Shown here: piece by piece, positions 43,738 to 55,600 of the stretch
Position numbering within the stretch: the first letter of the stretch is position 1
Layout: each line of letters starts with the position of its first letter
NCBI GenBank assembly: GCA_951406725.2
Contig: OX597821.1
Span: 45,198,001 to 45,262,000, forward strand
DNA length: 64,000 bases
From: Octopus vulgaris
Lineage: Eukaryota
Reading direction: 5' to 3'
Made by a program: the position numbers and the translations under genes
Notes under the pieces: generated by a model
What the model was told of the DNA's origin: nothing
What the model saw: the letters and a program-made list of their open reading frames with translations, nothing else
Databases searched by the model: none

Positions 43738-44192
43738 ATAATGAGGATAGAAATCGATATTAATCAATTAAAACCAGTGGCTTAGCATATTTATAAAAAA
43801 TATTATATACAAAATTTAGAGGAATGACCATCAAAGTGGACACCTAATATGCCAAATATAGAGTTTTGTCTAGTTCTGGAAATTGTGTTTTGAAAGCGAC
43901 AGACTACGCCGATGAGCCTGCAGATATTTATATTCGTAAATTTTAACAAGTGAAACCATTGGTACGTTTTTTATTTTGGTATATTTTCATTTCCCTAGCT
44001 CATTTTTACATCCAGGCGTTTTGCTGAAATTTTTGTTCAGAACATTCGTGGTAAGGCGATTTGACGTCTACATTTAGCATATTAGGAGTCCACTTTTGTA
44101 GTCTTCCTCTTAATTTTGTGTGTAATATAATTTTGGATTTTTTAAATATGTTAAGCCACTGGTTTTAATTTATTAATATCAATATCTTCCCT

Positions 44193-44200
<8 letters not shown>
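43738..44200. mobile_element. Fold-back element with diverged 120-bp inverted ends
   Basis: ATTAAAACCAGTGGCTTAGCATAT..AAAGTGGACACCTAATATGC versus GCATATTAGGAGTCCACTTT..ATATGTTAAGCCACTGGTTTTAAT. Confidence 0.7.
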
Positions 44201-44236
<36 letters not shown>

Positions 44237-44352
44237 AAAATTCACATATTGTCTTATTTCGGGAGGGTCATTTTTTCCCCAAATAAACGCATGCACAATA
44301 TATATTCGTTCGTCACTCGTTTATTACTGTTTTTAGTTTAACTCATGTCTAT

Positions 44353-44396
44353 TGTCCGAAATCTTTCGTCACACATCTGTGACCTCTTCAGCGACA
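44353..44396 (-). ncRNA. Minimal type I hammerhead motif with canonical CUGAAGA core, in SDR intron 3
   Basis: Minus strand reads UGUCG CUGAAGA G GUCACA-GAUG-UGUGAC GAA AGAUUU C GGACA; G-G mismatch at the base of stem I. Confidence 0.6.
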
Positions 44397-44440
44397 CTTT
44401 CCATCCTCTTGTACGCTCCTATTCCGCTTAGTCCATTCCA

Positions 44441-44498
<58 letters not shown>

Positions 44499-44504
44499 TA
44501 CACC

Positions 44505-44570
<66 letters not shown>

Positions 44571-44573
<3 letters not shown>

Positions 44574-44776
44574 ACCGTGTGTGTATCGTTGGCGATTTTT
44601 TTCCTCTGTTTTCCCTTCTCTAGATCTTTCCTTCTCCTATGTTTCCGACGAAGAGCTCCGCTCGAAACGTAGACCGTCCTTCTTTCCTTCTTTCCTGAGC
44701 GTCCAATATTACTATATTTGTTCCACGTCCTCGCGTTGTTGTGTTTTTTTTTTTGTGCTTTCATGTTTGGATTAAC

Positions 44777-44778
<2 letters not shown>
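44571..44778 (+). mobile_element. (TA)n-embedded short repeat of about 200 bp, probably Penelope-derived
   Basis: Second copy at 50890-51088; contains C(C/T)GACGA-A-GAGC-TCC-GCTC-GAAAC. Confidence 0.7.
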
Positions 44779-44818
<40 letters not shown>

Positions 44819-45279
44819 TAAAGTGAGAGAAATTATGCAACCCAATGACAAAATAAAAATGATAAGCGCTTTGAACGCAGAAATTTCGATTCATTCGCTG
44901 AACATCTATTTGTTTATATCTACATCCATCCATAGAGACATCAATATTACACAACCACCAAACCACTGCTCCAGTCTATTACTTACGGACCCTAAGTTGC
45001 GGATGTAGACATCAATACAATTTACTTCAATGTCTTATGGATTTACTTTTCTCCATCAAGCGTAAATCTAGATTAAGTGTTGTTGGTAGATGAGAACCAA
45101 CATAGCTATAATGATTCAGTGAAATGTTCGCTTTACTATGAGAAAATTGATTATAAAGTATAGGAGTGGGGGAAATACCCAGCAAGAATATATTGAATAT
45201 AGACACAAGGACACACGCACACTTTGTGTTTTTGTGCGAATGTGAAAATGTGTGTGCTAGTATATGTTTAAATATATAA

Positions 45280-45323
<44 letters not shown>

Positions 45324-45444
45324 GCATACATACACATATCAATATAAATGTGTTTGTGTGTGTATATATACATACATACATACACATATCAATATAAATG
45401 TGTTTGTGTGTGTATATACATACACATATCAATATAAATGTGTT

Positions 45445-45527
<83 letters not shown>

Positions 45528-45869
45528 ATAAAGTAAGATACACAGAAACAAAGTAAATGAGGAAAAAGTAAAGAAAGGAAAGAAAAAGTGAAGGAAGTCG
45601 AAGGAATAAATGAGCCAATGAAAGAGAGGTAGGGTAGAATGAATGAATCAAGTGACACTTTAGAAAAAGAAGAGAGAAGTAAAAAAGAGAAATAAAAGAT
45701 AAAGAGAAATATAAATAAAAAGAATAAGTTAGAAATATAAAAAAGAAGAGGAGAAAAGGGAAGATGAACAGACTTAGAATAATCAGTTTAGTTACATAGT
45801 AATGTTAGTTATTGGTTGTCCTAAATCAAAAACAGTATTGTTGTTGGTTGTTGCTGTTGCTGTTGGTGT

Positions 45870-46237
45870 TGAGCGAACGGTCTTCGTCTAGGAGCTCGCA
45901 AGATGGGAGAAGTCCGAAACGTAGTCCTTTGCTATTCGTAAGACCCACAGAAGAGAAAGCAGACCAACCCCCGCACCGAGAGCATCGACGGATGGATGAA
46001 TGCGCATCCAGGCTCAGAAGTTGCGTAGGAAGTCGGGGACAAGAAATAGGAAGAAAGAGTGAGAGAAAGTTGGGGCGAAAGAGTACAACAGGGGTCGCCA
46101 CCACCCCCTGCCGGAGACTCGTGGAGCTTTAGGTGTTTTCGCTCAATAAACACACACAACGCCCGGTTTGGGAATCGAAACCGCGATCCTCCGACCGCGA
46201 GTCCGCTGCCCTAACCATTGGGCCATTGCGCCTCCAC
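45870..46237 (-). mobile_element. SINE with family B head and a different 3' half
   Basis: 46050-46236 matches 54037-54226; 45870-46045 does not match the tail of that copy; ends in (CAA/CAG)n. Confidence 0.75.
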
Positions 46238-47305
46238 GTTGGTGGTGGGGATACGACTGGTAGGGCTGTGATGGGAAAGATGATTTCTTGGCCCTACATG
46301 AAATTCTGTGAGAAAAAAAGGAGAGGAGCAATCGACTTCAGTATTTGACTGGCATTTATTTATCGACTCCGAAGGAATAAAGTTAAAGCTAACATTGCTA
46401 GGATATAAAACCAGAGCTAAGAGAGCCGGAACAATAACGCAAGTAAAATTACTCGGCGCTGGAAAGCTTCTCAATTAGCTGAATGTCCAGATTTAAAAAG
46501 AGTACTCTGTGAACAAGAGAGTAATCATCATTTCTCTTCTCCTTTTCTCCACCAAATCTGATATACACCGTCTTTAAATTTGGCTCGTTATTTCAACGAT
46601 TTCAACAGAAACTAAATAGATTCTTAAACATATAGCATTTTTCAATATATTTCATTTTGGATATGTTACATTTCAAAGGCTGGTATTGCAATAAGCATAG
46701 AAAGGTAAAGATCACAGTTAAAGCTCATTAAGTATGTTTAAACTGTAATCTATTTAGTAATGTCTCGTAACATTGAATGAATTTATTGTTATTTTACAAA
46801 CGGTATTCATTTTAGGAGATTACCTGTTTCTTGTGATTTATATATTATTTAAGCGACATTCGATCCTATGACGTTTTGGATCGTTATCTATTGTTGAAGG
46901 AAGAGTATCGCTGAATCGGTTTTTCTTCTGTAGTTGTGTGTTTTCCGGGAAAGTTCAGTAATTCACGCGTTGCTGCATGCTACATTTTTGGTTCATTCAA
47001 AGGATAACCCGATGAAACAAATTTAGAGTGTCATCAACCGATCTATATTTTGAATGAAGGTCATTAACGATCAGAATATTATGCTTTGAAACTGGTCCGC
47101 ACCATTTGAATCGAATGTTTGATATCACTTATCCTAAATCGTTAACAATGGTGACCAATAATTACTTTTTAAAAGTAGACAATTAAGCAGATCTGTCTAA
47201 TCACTGGATATAAACTCAATCGAAGCTAACAAAACGAAAATTTTCTTGATACTGTCATAGATTCTTGCACTACGTATATGAAATATAATCCAGCAGTGTA
47301 CTTAC

Positions 47306-47469
47306 AGTGATCAAAGGCTTTTTTACCATAGTATTGTTGAACCTCAATGGGAGAAGCTTCAAAATCTCGGATTGCTCTCCTTTCGATTGTTTCAAATAAC
47401 GTCAAATTGGTCGCAAAGCCTCCTGGTTGTATTATATGCACAGTTACATTCTGTATTACTAAAGCACAT
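47306..47469 (-). CDS. SDR9C dehydrogenase, coding exon 3
   Basis: tatccag acceptor; VTVHIIQPGGFATNL...EVQQYYGKKAFDH; gtaagt donor; 164 nt, phases compatible with neighbouring exons. Confidence 0.92.
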
Positions 47470-47795
47470 CTGGATAAAGAAGATGTTTTAAATGTTTTAC
47501 GCATCAAATGTTATTTTTTGTTTGCAAAGTTATTGTTAAGTTTTTCTGTGTTGCTATATTCCTATTCTTGCTATTTTAGAGATACAAAAGTAATCTACAC
47601 TACTTGCATTAGTGTAAAGGAGAGAATTTATTAATGCTTTATCGATTATATAGAGAAAGTAATTCAATTACAATACGTGATTCGAATATCTAAAATTGCA
47701 AGCATTTATTTTTCGGGATAAAATATATAATACATTTTTACGAAAATAAATCTATAAAAATTCCAAGGAGATAGATGAAAATCTTATTTATTTAC

Positions 47796-48057
47796 CTGAG
47801 GCCGTTTGAATAAGATTCAACTGCATGTTTTGATATACAGTATGGTATGCATGTAGAAGGTGTAACTTTTCCGAAGATACTAGATACGTTCACAATTCTT
47901 CCCCTTGACACGCGGAGTAAAGGCAAAAAGGCTGTTGTAACACCTATCATTCCATATATGTTTACATCCATAACTTCATCATAATGTTTCCGAGTCATAC
48001 ATTCTGGGAACAAAAATGTACCCAAGACGCCAGCATTGTTAACCAACGCCCACAAAC
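47796..48057 (-). CDS. SDR9C dehydrogenase, coding exon 2
   Basis: cttcag acceptor; GLWALVNNAG, GRIVNVSS, catalytic YCISK (YxxxK); gtaaat donor, phase 2; 262 nt. Confidence 0.94.
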
Positions 48058-48294
48058 CTGAAGTGAAGATAATAACTATTGATAACACGGAAAACACACA
48101 TATACATGAACGCACACACACACACACACGAGCACGCAAAAAATATTCAATAAATACACACACATACACACAAACCCATACATACACACAGAAATACATA
48201 TACACATTGATAGAGATGCGCATTTAAAACAGAAATTATAAAAACTAAAAGCGAAAGCAATGACAAAATTACTTAGTTGGAAGTTCTATGTTAC

Positions 48295-48631
48295 CTTTAT
48301 CATTTGGAAGTCTAGATCTGACCAATTTTTCAGCCTTTTCAATTTCTTCTTTCTTAGTAACATTCATCAAAAATGCTTCTAGCTTTTGTGTGCAGCAGCC
48401 ACGGAGATCTGCGACCCCTTCTTTAGTTAGGCAAGCAGCAAATACATTAAAACCAAGTTCATCCAGTTGTTTGGCCAGCATATTACCGAAACCTGTATCA
48501 CAACCAGTGACTAACACATATTTCTGATTGAAATCTCCAACTTTAAGTGTCCGAAGAAACCATTGGAAGAGCAGATAGGCAGTTATCACAATCAATGCAC
48601 CCGAAAGTATTTCGCATGTTGTACAAAACAT
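48295..48631 (-). CDS. SDR9C-family dehydrogenase (RDH16/HSD17B6-like), coding exon 1
   Basis: ATG at 48631; hydrophobic N-terminus, then VLVTGCDTGFG (TGxxxGxG Rossmann motif), LDELGFNVFAACL; GT donor after 48295 (phase 1). An AG acceptor at 48641-48642 just upstream implies a non-coding 5' exon. Confidence 0.93.
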
Positions 48632-50718
48632 TTTCTTTTGCTGAAAATTAAATAAAAAATTTATGAAACCCAAAGTGGTAAAGGAGGTGTAAATGTCGAT
48701 ACAAAAATCAAACCTAATTGCCGGAAGAAAAGATTAACTGATTAGTTTCATTCTTATTTTCAGAAATAAAAATAATCAGTTAATGGACTACTATAGCGAA
48801 AAGATTAGCTATGTGAAAAAACTTCAAAGCATTAACTTCTGAAATAAGTTGGCTTTTGGAAAACCAAGTGGAAGATGTAGTTAGAAAAATGTCTTTCGGC
48901 TATTCTTGTCTAAATTAGATAACAGATCTGCAATTGTCATATTTAATTTAAAGTTAAACAATGTTCATATAAAAATAACATTCTTTTTTAACAAAGTTAT
49001 TAAATCATTCTATTTTAAGAATGCCAATTGCACAGCAGCCGACATTATCTCATAGATTGTGGGAATTATCTGGAGGCTTTTATAAGAAGATAATCGCCAC
49101 ACTAACGAGATAATCGTAAGATTCTATCTGAAAAAAAAAAAAAAAGCCCAGAAAAAATAGACAAGTTCGATTTTGCGAGCTGTTATTTTGATGGAAATGA
49201 ATAATTAATATTTATCACTCCAGTACACAATGATATAACAGGAAACCGTTAACAAGTAGCATGATATATTTTAAATAATACGTTCATACAGAGGAAGGAT
49301 TGGTCTAGTTTCGTATTTAGTGGTGTGAATCAGTAGAGAGATGATTTGGCTTTCGAAGAATGTACCTGCTGGTACGCAGAATCGTCAGAGTGTCGGATCC
49401 AAAATCATCTAGCATTACGTTACCACTCTATAAACCAATTTAAAATCGTTAACCAGTTATTGGCATTGATTTTTAATTCATTTAACAAAATTTATAGAAT
49501 ATGTTTTCTCATATTTTCTTGAATAGTAGAAGCACATGTACATACTAACGTAATTTGTGTCGTGACGTATGTAATACTACCTACCTTGTTACCTAGTGAG
49601 TCTATAACAAGGTCACTACAAGTAGACGCACTATATTAAGACTAGTAAGCAGCCATTACACATCGTAATTAATATCGTAATTAGTATCAGCTATGAGAAG
49701 TGAAACCGGTTTGTAGTTATATACTTTGGAATAATGATTTAGTTTTGTAATTATGTACTTTGGAGTGTGTAATACTATGTTTTGAAATGATGTGAATGAG
49801 AAAAATGTAGTTTGGAATACGTAACCTTGAAATGATATGATTGAAGCAATGCATTTTGAATATATATTTTGGAATATATAATAACGTATTTGGAAATGAT
49901 TTTATTGTAATAACGTGCTTTTTGAATTAACTGCAATATAAAGGAAATAGTGCATCTTCTTTTTATTATTGTTTTTACACGTGCGTGCGCACACACACAC
50001 GTATGTTGAACCCACCTAGACGTATTAAGAAGAAAAATACAACTATTCGTTCAAGATCTCTCTGTACGCGATGCGAATAACGATTTTTTATATCGATTAG
50101 CAGATATAACTACCGATCAGCAAACATTGAAAGTATAAACAAAGGCCAGTGGCTTGGCTAAACTCGGAGGTCCGGCGTACTTCTGAGTGATGAGACACAT
50201 GTCAAACACCAGAGTACCAGCATTCTGTACGCCAATGAGCCGAGTGTGTTGAACACACTATCGTTATAAAAGGCATGTTTTCTTTTTTGACAGCTACTAG
50301 CATATTTTGCCTCTGAATCTGCCTCGATGTATTAAGAATAAATATGCAAATATTCGTTCCAGATCTTACTGTATACGGTGCAAATAACAATTTTATTAAA
50401 ATGAAGTCATACTGATATTTTGAAAACATATATTCATTTCATATTATTACGTAATATGTAATAGGAAATACATTCTAAACGCAAAATCTACCTTAGTTAA
50501 TACATTTCAAAATACAGGTCAAATGATACAGAGCTATTTCTGTATCACTTAGCCGTGCCTTTTAAGGCAACGATTACTGCGTGTCTTTTTATTTGCTGAG
50601 TCAACCTGACGGCTGACATTATTTATTTGAAAAGTAAGGTAAAAAAGAAGTTAGAAGAAGGAGACCTCAAAATCATGATGCACTCTGTATAAATACACAT
50701 CCTGCATATATATATATG

Positions 50719-50757
<39 letters not shown>

Positions 50758-50889
50758 TTAAATATGTATATATATATATGTATATATATATAAGTTAAAC
50801 GTGTATAGATACGTTTAAACACATATTCTCACGCATTTAATTCTCCCATACATGTATACACACACCCATATTCTTATATATACACACAA

Positions 50890-51088
50890 GTGACCGCGTG
50901 TGAATCGTTGGCGATTTTCTTTCTCTGTCTTCCCTTCTTTGGACATTTTCTATATTTCTGACGAAGATCTCCGCTCGAAACGTGAAATCCTCCTTCTTTC
51001 TTTCCTTTCCTCAGCGTCCAATAACACTGTACTTATTCCACATCCTCGCGTTGTTTAGTTTTCTCTTTGTTCATGTTTGGATTAACTA
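50890..51088 (+). mobile_element. Second copy of the 44571 repeat
   Basis: Direct sequence similarity over about 200 bp; ends GGATTAACTATATA. Confidence 0.7.
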
Positions 51089-51103
51089 TATATATATATA
51101 AAA

Positions 51104-51470
51104 TTGGAAAGAAAATTGGATGGTGCCTACACTTGCTTGCTAAATGTGGTTTTGAATGTCATTTGGAGAAATTGTTTGACCAATGAGCGATTGTATGTGA
51201 ACCGTCGTTCAGTATCAGATATCAAAAAGCGTAGAGTCAGATTTGACGGGCATTGCTGGAGAGCTAAAGATGAAATTGTTAGTGAAGTTCTTTTGTGGAA
51301 GCCTACACAAGAAAAAGCTCCCAGGAGATGACAAACCAAGACCTATAGCAAGCAAGTTTGTGACGACATAAACTGCAACCCCTCTGACCTGCCGAATATG
51401 ATGAACTACAAAACTGGAAGGCGACAGAAAATCTCAGGAATCCAAGCAAACAGTACAACCGGATGATGTA
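51104..51470 (+). mobile_element. RTE-clade LINE 3' fragment
   Basis: LDGAYTCLL...KRRVRFDGHCWR..EIVSEVLLWKP. Confidence 0.75.
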
Positions 51471-53059
51471 GAATGTCATGGACTCGTATCAACAAGGCAC
51501 AAGATGTGAGATTATAATGAAAATATCTTTATTGCTTTGAATCCAGAAGCAATGGTAGAGTCTTTACACGGTCACTTGATCTGCTAGAAATAGCAGCCAA
51601 CTATCCTTTAAATCACGACCTACTGTCTTAAATAAAGGAAGACAGTTCACAGCCTATAGCAGGAATATTTTATATTATAGGTTGATCGACCGAACTATTA
51701 CTAAACAATAAACAACATGTGTTATGGAGTAAAACTTAACGTCGCAGTTAACCGAGTCACTATACAGTTGGGTTCGTTTCCCTCTATTATGTTTGTTTTT
51801 CTAAGACGAAGACATTTGAGGCTCGTTGTCTCTCTGTCTGAGTCTGTAAACTTCGATAAAGCGGTAACAGAGCATATTTGAGGGTTACTGAATATTGTGA
51901 TGTAAACAGAAATCACTTATTTCTCTGTAACTTTACATTTGATAGTATACAGTAAACCTTCTGGAAATTCTCAAAGAAATAAAGAATTATTTCATATCTG
52001 TTATGCACAGCAATAATAAATTTATCGGACACTATTTTTAAAAAAATATTATACACACTTATGTTTGTATGTGTGTGTGTGTGTGTGTGTTCGCGAGCGC
52101 ATGTGCGTGTGTGTGTAGTAGGAATATTTTGCAAAGTCCCAAACACCATCTCACTGCCTCGGAATCGAACCCGAGTTATTGTCTTCATATTTAGATATAA
52201 GTAAATAACAATAAACAGGATACTGTCAAGGTTTAATGACGCCTGCAAACGACTAACCCATTGACGTTAAGAACTAGCCTTTTATCAGTAGCTAGTATGA
52301 CCAGGAACGCCTTTACCAGTTTTTGTTATCCTTGACACCTTTTGGCAGTTGCTATATATAGTTTGTTTACTCACAAGCTGATCAGTGACCGTAAGACGGC
52401 CAAGATAACGGCTGCACAAACTTACAACACTCAACAACGGCAACAGAATGCGACAGCGACAGCAGTGGATATGACACAACTTAAGCCAGCTGGTTAGTAG
52501 AAAGTACACCACTTACAGCTACCGTTCTAGTCGACACACTTGGCTCAAATATAATCTTTTCTGTCGTTTGTCGTAACGACGAATTTTCTGTATTTGCAAC
52601 TTCACACAAACTTCTTGTTCTTCCATCTATCGACTCAGTATTATTTTTGTGTACACACACATACACACACACACACAAACACACACAAACACACACACAC
52701 AAACACACACATACACATATCTGTACCTGCATGCATACATACACACAATATATATGTATAAATCACGACGCGTTGACTCTTGGTTATGATGTCGGGCACA
52801 CAGTCATAAGGTGGTGGGGTGATTCCTGAACCAGACGACGTGTTGAGTCTTTGAGCAAGATAAATCATTTCAATTTGCTCCTGTTTACTCAGCTGGAAAT
52901 GAGTGCCTGCCTAGTGGAGGTGCAGCTCCTTCTCACTAAAGCTATTGCATTAGGGTGATGCATGGGCTGGGCAAGAGGTTCTCTGCCCCTGTTTGAGACT
53001 ATATAAGCACTTAAACAGCAAGAGGGCGGTACATGATACCAAGGTATATTCACCTACAA

Positions 53060-53253
53060 GGTGGTGAGCTGGCAGAACCGTTAGCACGCCGGGTGAAATG
53101 CGTAGCCGTATTTCGTCTGCCGTTACGTTCTGAGTTCAAATCCCGCCGAAGTCGACTTTGCCTTTCATCCTGTGGTCGATGTAATAGACTTAATCCGTTT
53201 GTCTGTCCTTGTTTGTCCCCTCTGTGTTTAGCCCCTTGTGGGTAGTAAACAAA
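53060..53253 (+). mobile_element. SINE family A, internally deleted, with 19-bp TSD
   Basis: AAGGTATATTCACCTACAA at 53041-53059 and 53254-53272; lacks the segment between the two GGTCGAT repeats. Confidence 0.88.
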
Positions 53254-53313
53254 AAGGTATATTCACCTACAACGGATATCTAAGCTTACAATATATATCA
53301 TATACATACATAC

Positions 53314-53345
<32 letters not shown>

Positions 53346-53838
53346 ATGAGTGTGTGCGTGTGTGTAGCAGTAGTAGTAGTAGTAGTAGTAGCAGCAGCAG
53401 CAGCAGTAGCAGTGATAACAGCAGTAGCAGTAACAGCAGTAACAGCAGCAGTAGCAGCAGCAGCAGTAGTAGTAGTAGTAGTATGGGGGCATGCGCTCTA
53501 ACAGCACATCACTACATCCACCACTTGTTGGGTGATTCCCTACTCCTGGCAGATGACACCTTTACACTACTCTGGCGACAACCCTCCTAGTCGTTGCTGG
53601 TGAGTATCTTGCGAGGTTGGAGTGCAAATCCTACCTCAAACTCTTTTAGTATCCTTTTATGAGACGCAGAGGAAACGGAGGGTCTGTTCTTCGTTTTGCT
53701 GGTTACCACACAACACTAAAGCAATGTGAAATGAAGTGTCCCCACACAACGCGCTACCCAGTCCGAGAATGAAACCGACGATCTGTCGATCATGAGCGTA
53801 ATACCCTAACCACTAGGCCATACAATGCAATACAATGT

Positions 53839-54226
53839 GGAGTGGAAGCACTCCGTCGATTACGACGACGACGGTTCCGGTTGATCCGAATCAACGGAAC
53901 AGCCTGCTCGCGAAATTAACGTGTAAGTGGCTGAGCACTCCACAGACACGTGTAACCTTAACGTAGTTCTCGGAGATATTCAGCGTGACACAGAGAGTGA
54001 CAAGGCCGGCCCTTTGAAATACAGGTACAACAGAAACAGGAAGTAAGAGTGAGAGAAAGTTGTGGTGAAAGAGTACAGCAGGGATCACCACCATCCCCTG
54101 CCGGAGCGTCGTGGAGCTTTAAGTGTTTTCGCTCAATAAACACTCACAACGCCCGGTCTGGGAATCGAAATCGCGATCCTATGACCGCGAGTCCGCTGCC
54201 CTAACCACTGGGCCATTGTGCCTCCA
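53839..54226 (-). mobile_element. tRNA-derived SINE family B with 12-bp TSD
   Basis: Head TGGAGGCACAATGGCCCAGTGGTTAGGGCAGCGG...TTCGATTCCC; GCAATACAATGT at 53827-53838 and 54227-54238. Confidence 0.85.
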
Positions 54227-55197
54227 GCAATACAATGTAACATAATATAATGTAATATAATATAATATGTTTGTGTGTGTGTACTTCTGTTTATATTTGT
54301 GGAAATATTGCCCAGTTTATCTTCCAAATATATTACATTGATGACTGATACGTAAAATTACATGAAATAACTTGTAAAAATTTAATAAAAATAGAGAGAC
54401 GTATGTAACACTTTCAGTTTTGAAGTTTATAACTTCCATGTTTTTATTGAAATGTGTATGTTGCATTGATTATCTGAAATAATCTTGTAGTTGTCAGGTT
54501 TGTGGTTTCAAGTTGAAGAAGATTTTAATTATGGGGTTTTTGTAATATTATAATGTTTTATTCTTCTTCTTATTATCAATTGCTTGTTACATGTGAATTA
54601 TTTCATGGGTATTTGATAACACGTTAATCAATTCTATCATTAAAGCATAATATAGATATGTAGATACTGGGTATTGTATCTCAATGAACACATCATCGAT
54701 ATACCGGATACATCTAATGGTATCCACTGGTAGTTGATGTTTAAAAAGTCATGTTTTCAACGTTGACCATTTACAATGTTGTTAAAATAGACCCGAGTGA
54801 AGAACTCACTGCTACTCTCTCCAACAAGATGAAGAGGCTGTCTCCTAAGCAGTACAGGGTAACACAAATTATACGGACCAGCGGGATCGATTTTGCTGTG
54901 ATGTTTCTTACTATACTTATGATTTTCTTGACACCGAGATGGTGTCAGCTCTTCTGGTGACGTCGATGTTCGCCTGGGGCTAAATGCATCAGTAACACCC
55001 CCACCACCCCGCCCTGACCCTAGCCACATTCAGATGGCTGATCCCTCTTATGTTATAGAGCAGTTACTGTTTATATCTCGCCCAGAGATTTATTATTGTT
55101 TTCGAACAGATTTTCTACGCCAGTGACTGTGGTTACTGTGAAAATCTATATATATCCAGCCGGTAGAGGGAGTCCCTCAACGAAGAGCGGTGCTTAC

Positions 55198-55240
55198 CAT
55201 ACGTTGACAAGAGGCAATAACCTCGAAACCGGTCCGTGTG
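55198..55240 (+). ncRNA. Minimal type I hammerhead ribozyme, copy 1 (U3-A8 variant)
   Basis: Stem I CAUACG/CGUGUG; core UUGACAA; stem II GAGG-CAAUAA-CCUC; GAA; palindromic stem III ACCGGU; GUC triplet, predicted cut after 55234. Confidence 0.85.
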
Positions 55241-55557
55241 TAGTATCCGTATCTTCGGGTAGGCTGATCTCCCTTTGCTGGCTGGCAAGGACACCGAGAT
55301 GGTGTCAGCTCTTCTGGAGACGTCGATGTTCGCCTGGGGCTAAATGCATCAGTAACGCCCCCATCACCCCGCCCTGACCCTAGCCACATTCAGATGGCTG
55401 ATCCCTCTTATGTTATAGAGCAGTTACTGTTTATATCTCGCCCAGAGATTTATTATTGTTTTCGAACAGATTTTCTACGCCAGTGACTGTGGTTACTGTG
55501 AAAATCTATATATATCCAGCCGGTAGAGGGAGTCCCTCAACGAAGAGCGGTGCTTAC

Positions 55558-55600
55558 CATACGTTGACAAGAGGCAATAACCTCGAAACCGGTCCGTGTG
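55558..55600 (+). ncRNA. Minimal type I hammerhead ribozyme, copy 2
   Basis: Identical to copy 1, shifted by 360 nt; predicted cut after 55594. Confidence 0.85.

Noticed and set aside
44645-44680. Hammerhead-like core CCGACGA-A-GAGC-TCC-GCTC-GAAACG..CGTC (also about 50958)
   Set aside because: Core, stem II and stem III are present, but no stem I pairing was found, so it is not called a ribozyme.
46850-47135. Candidate proximal last exon of the SDR gene
   Set aside because: The in-phase join gives an immediate stop; the exon at 41321-41553 fits the family motif.
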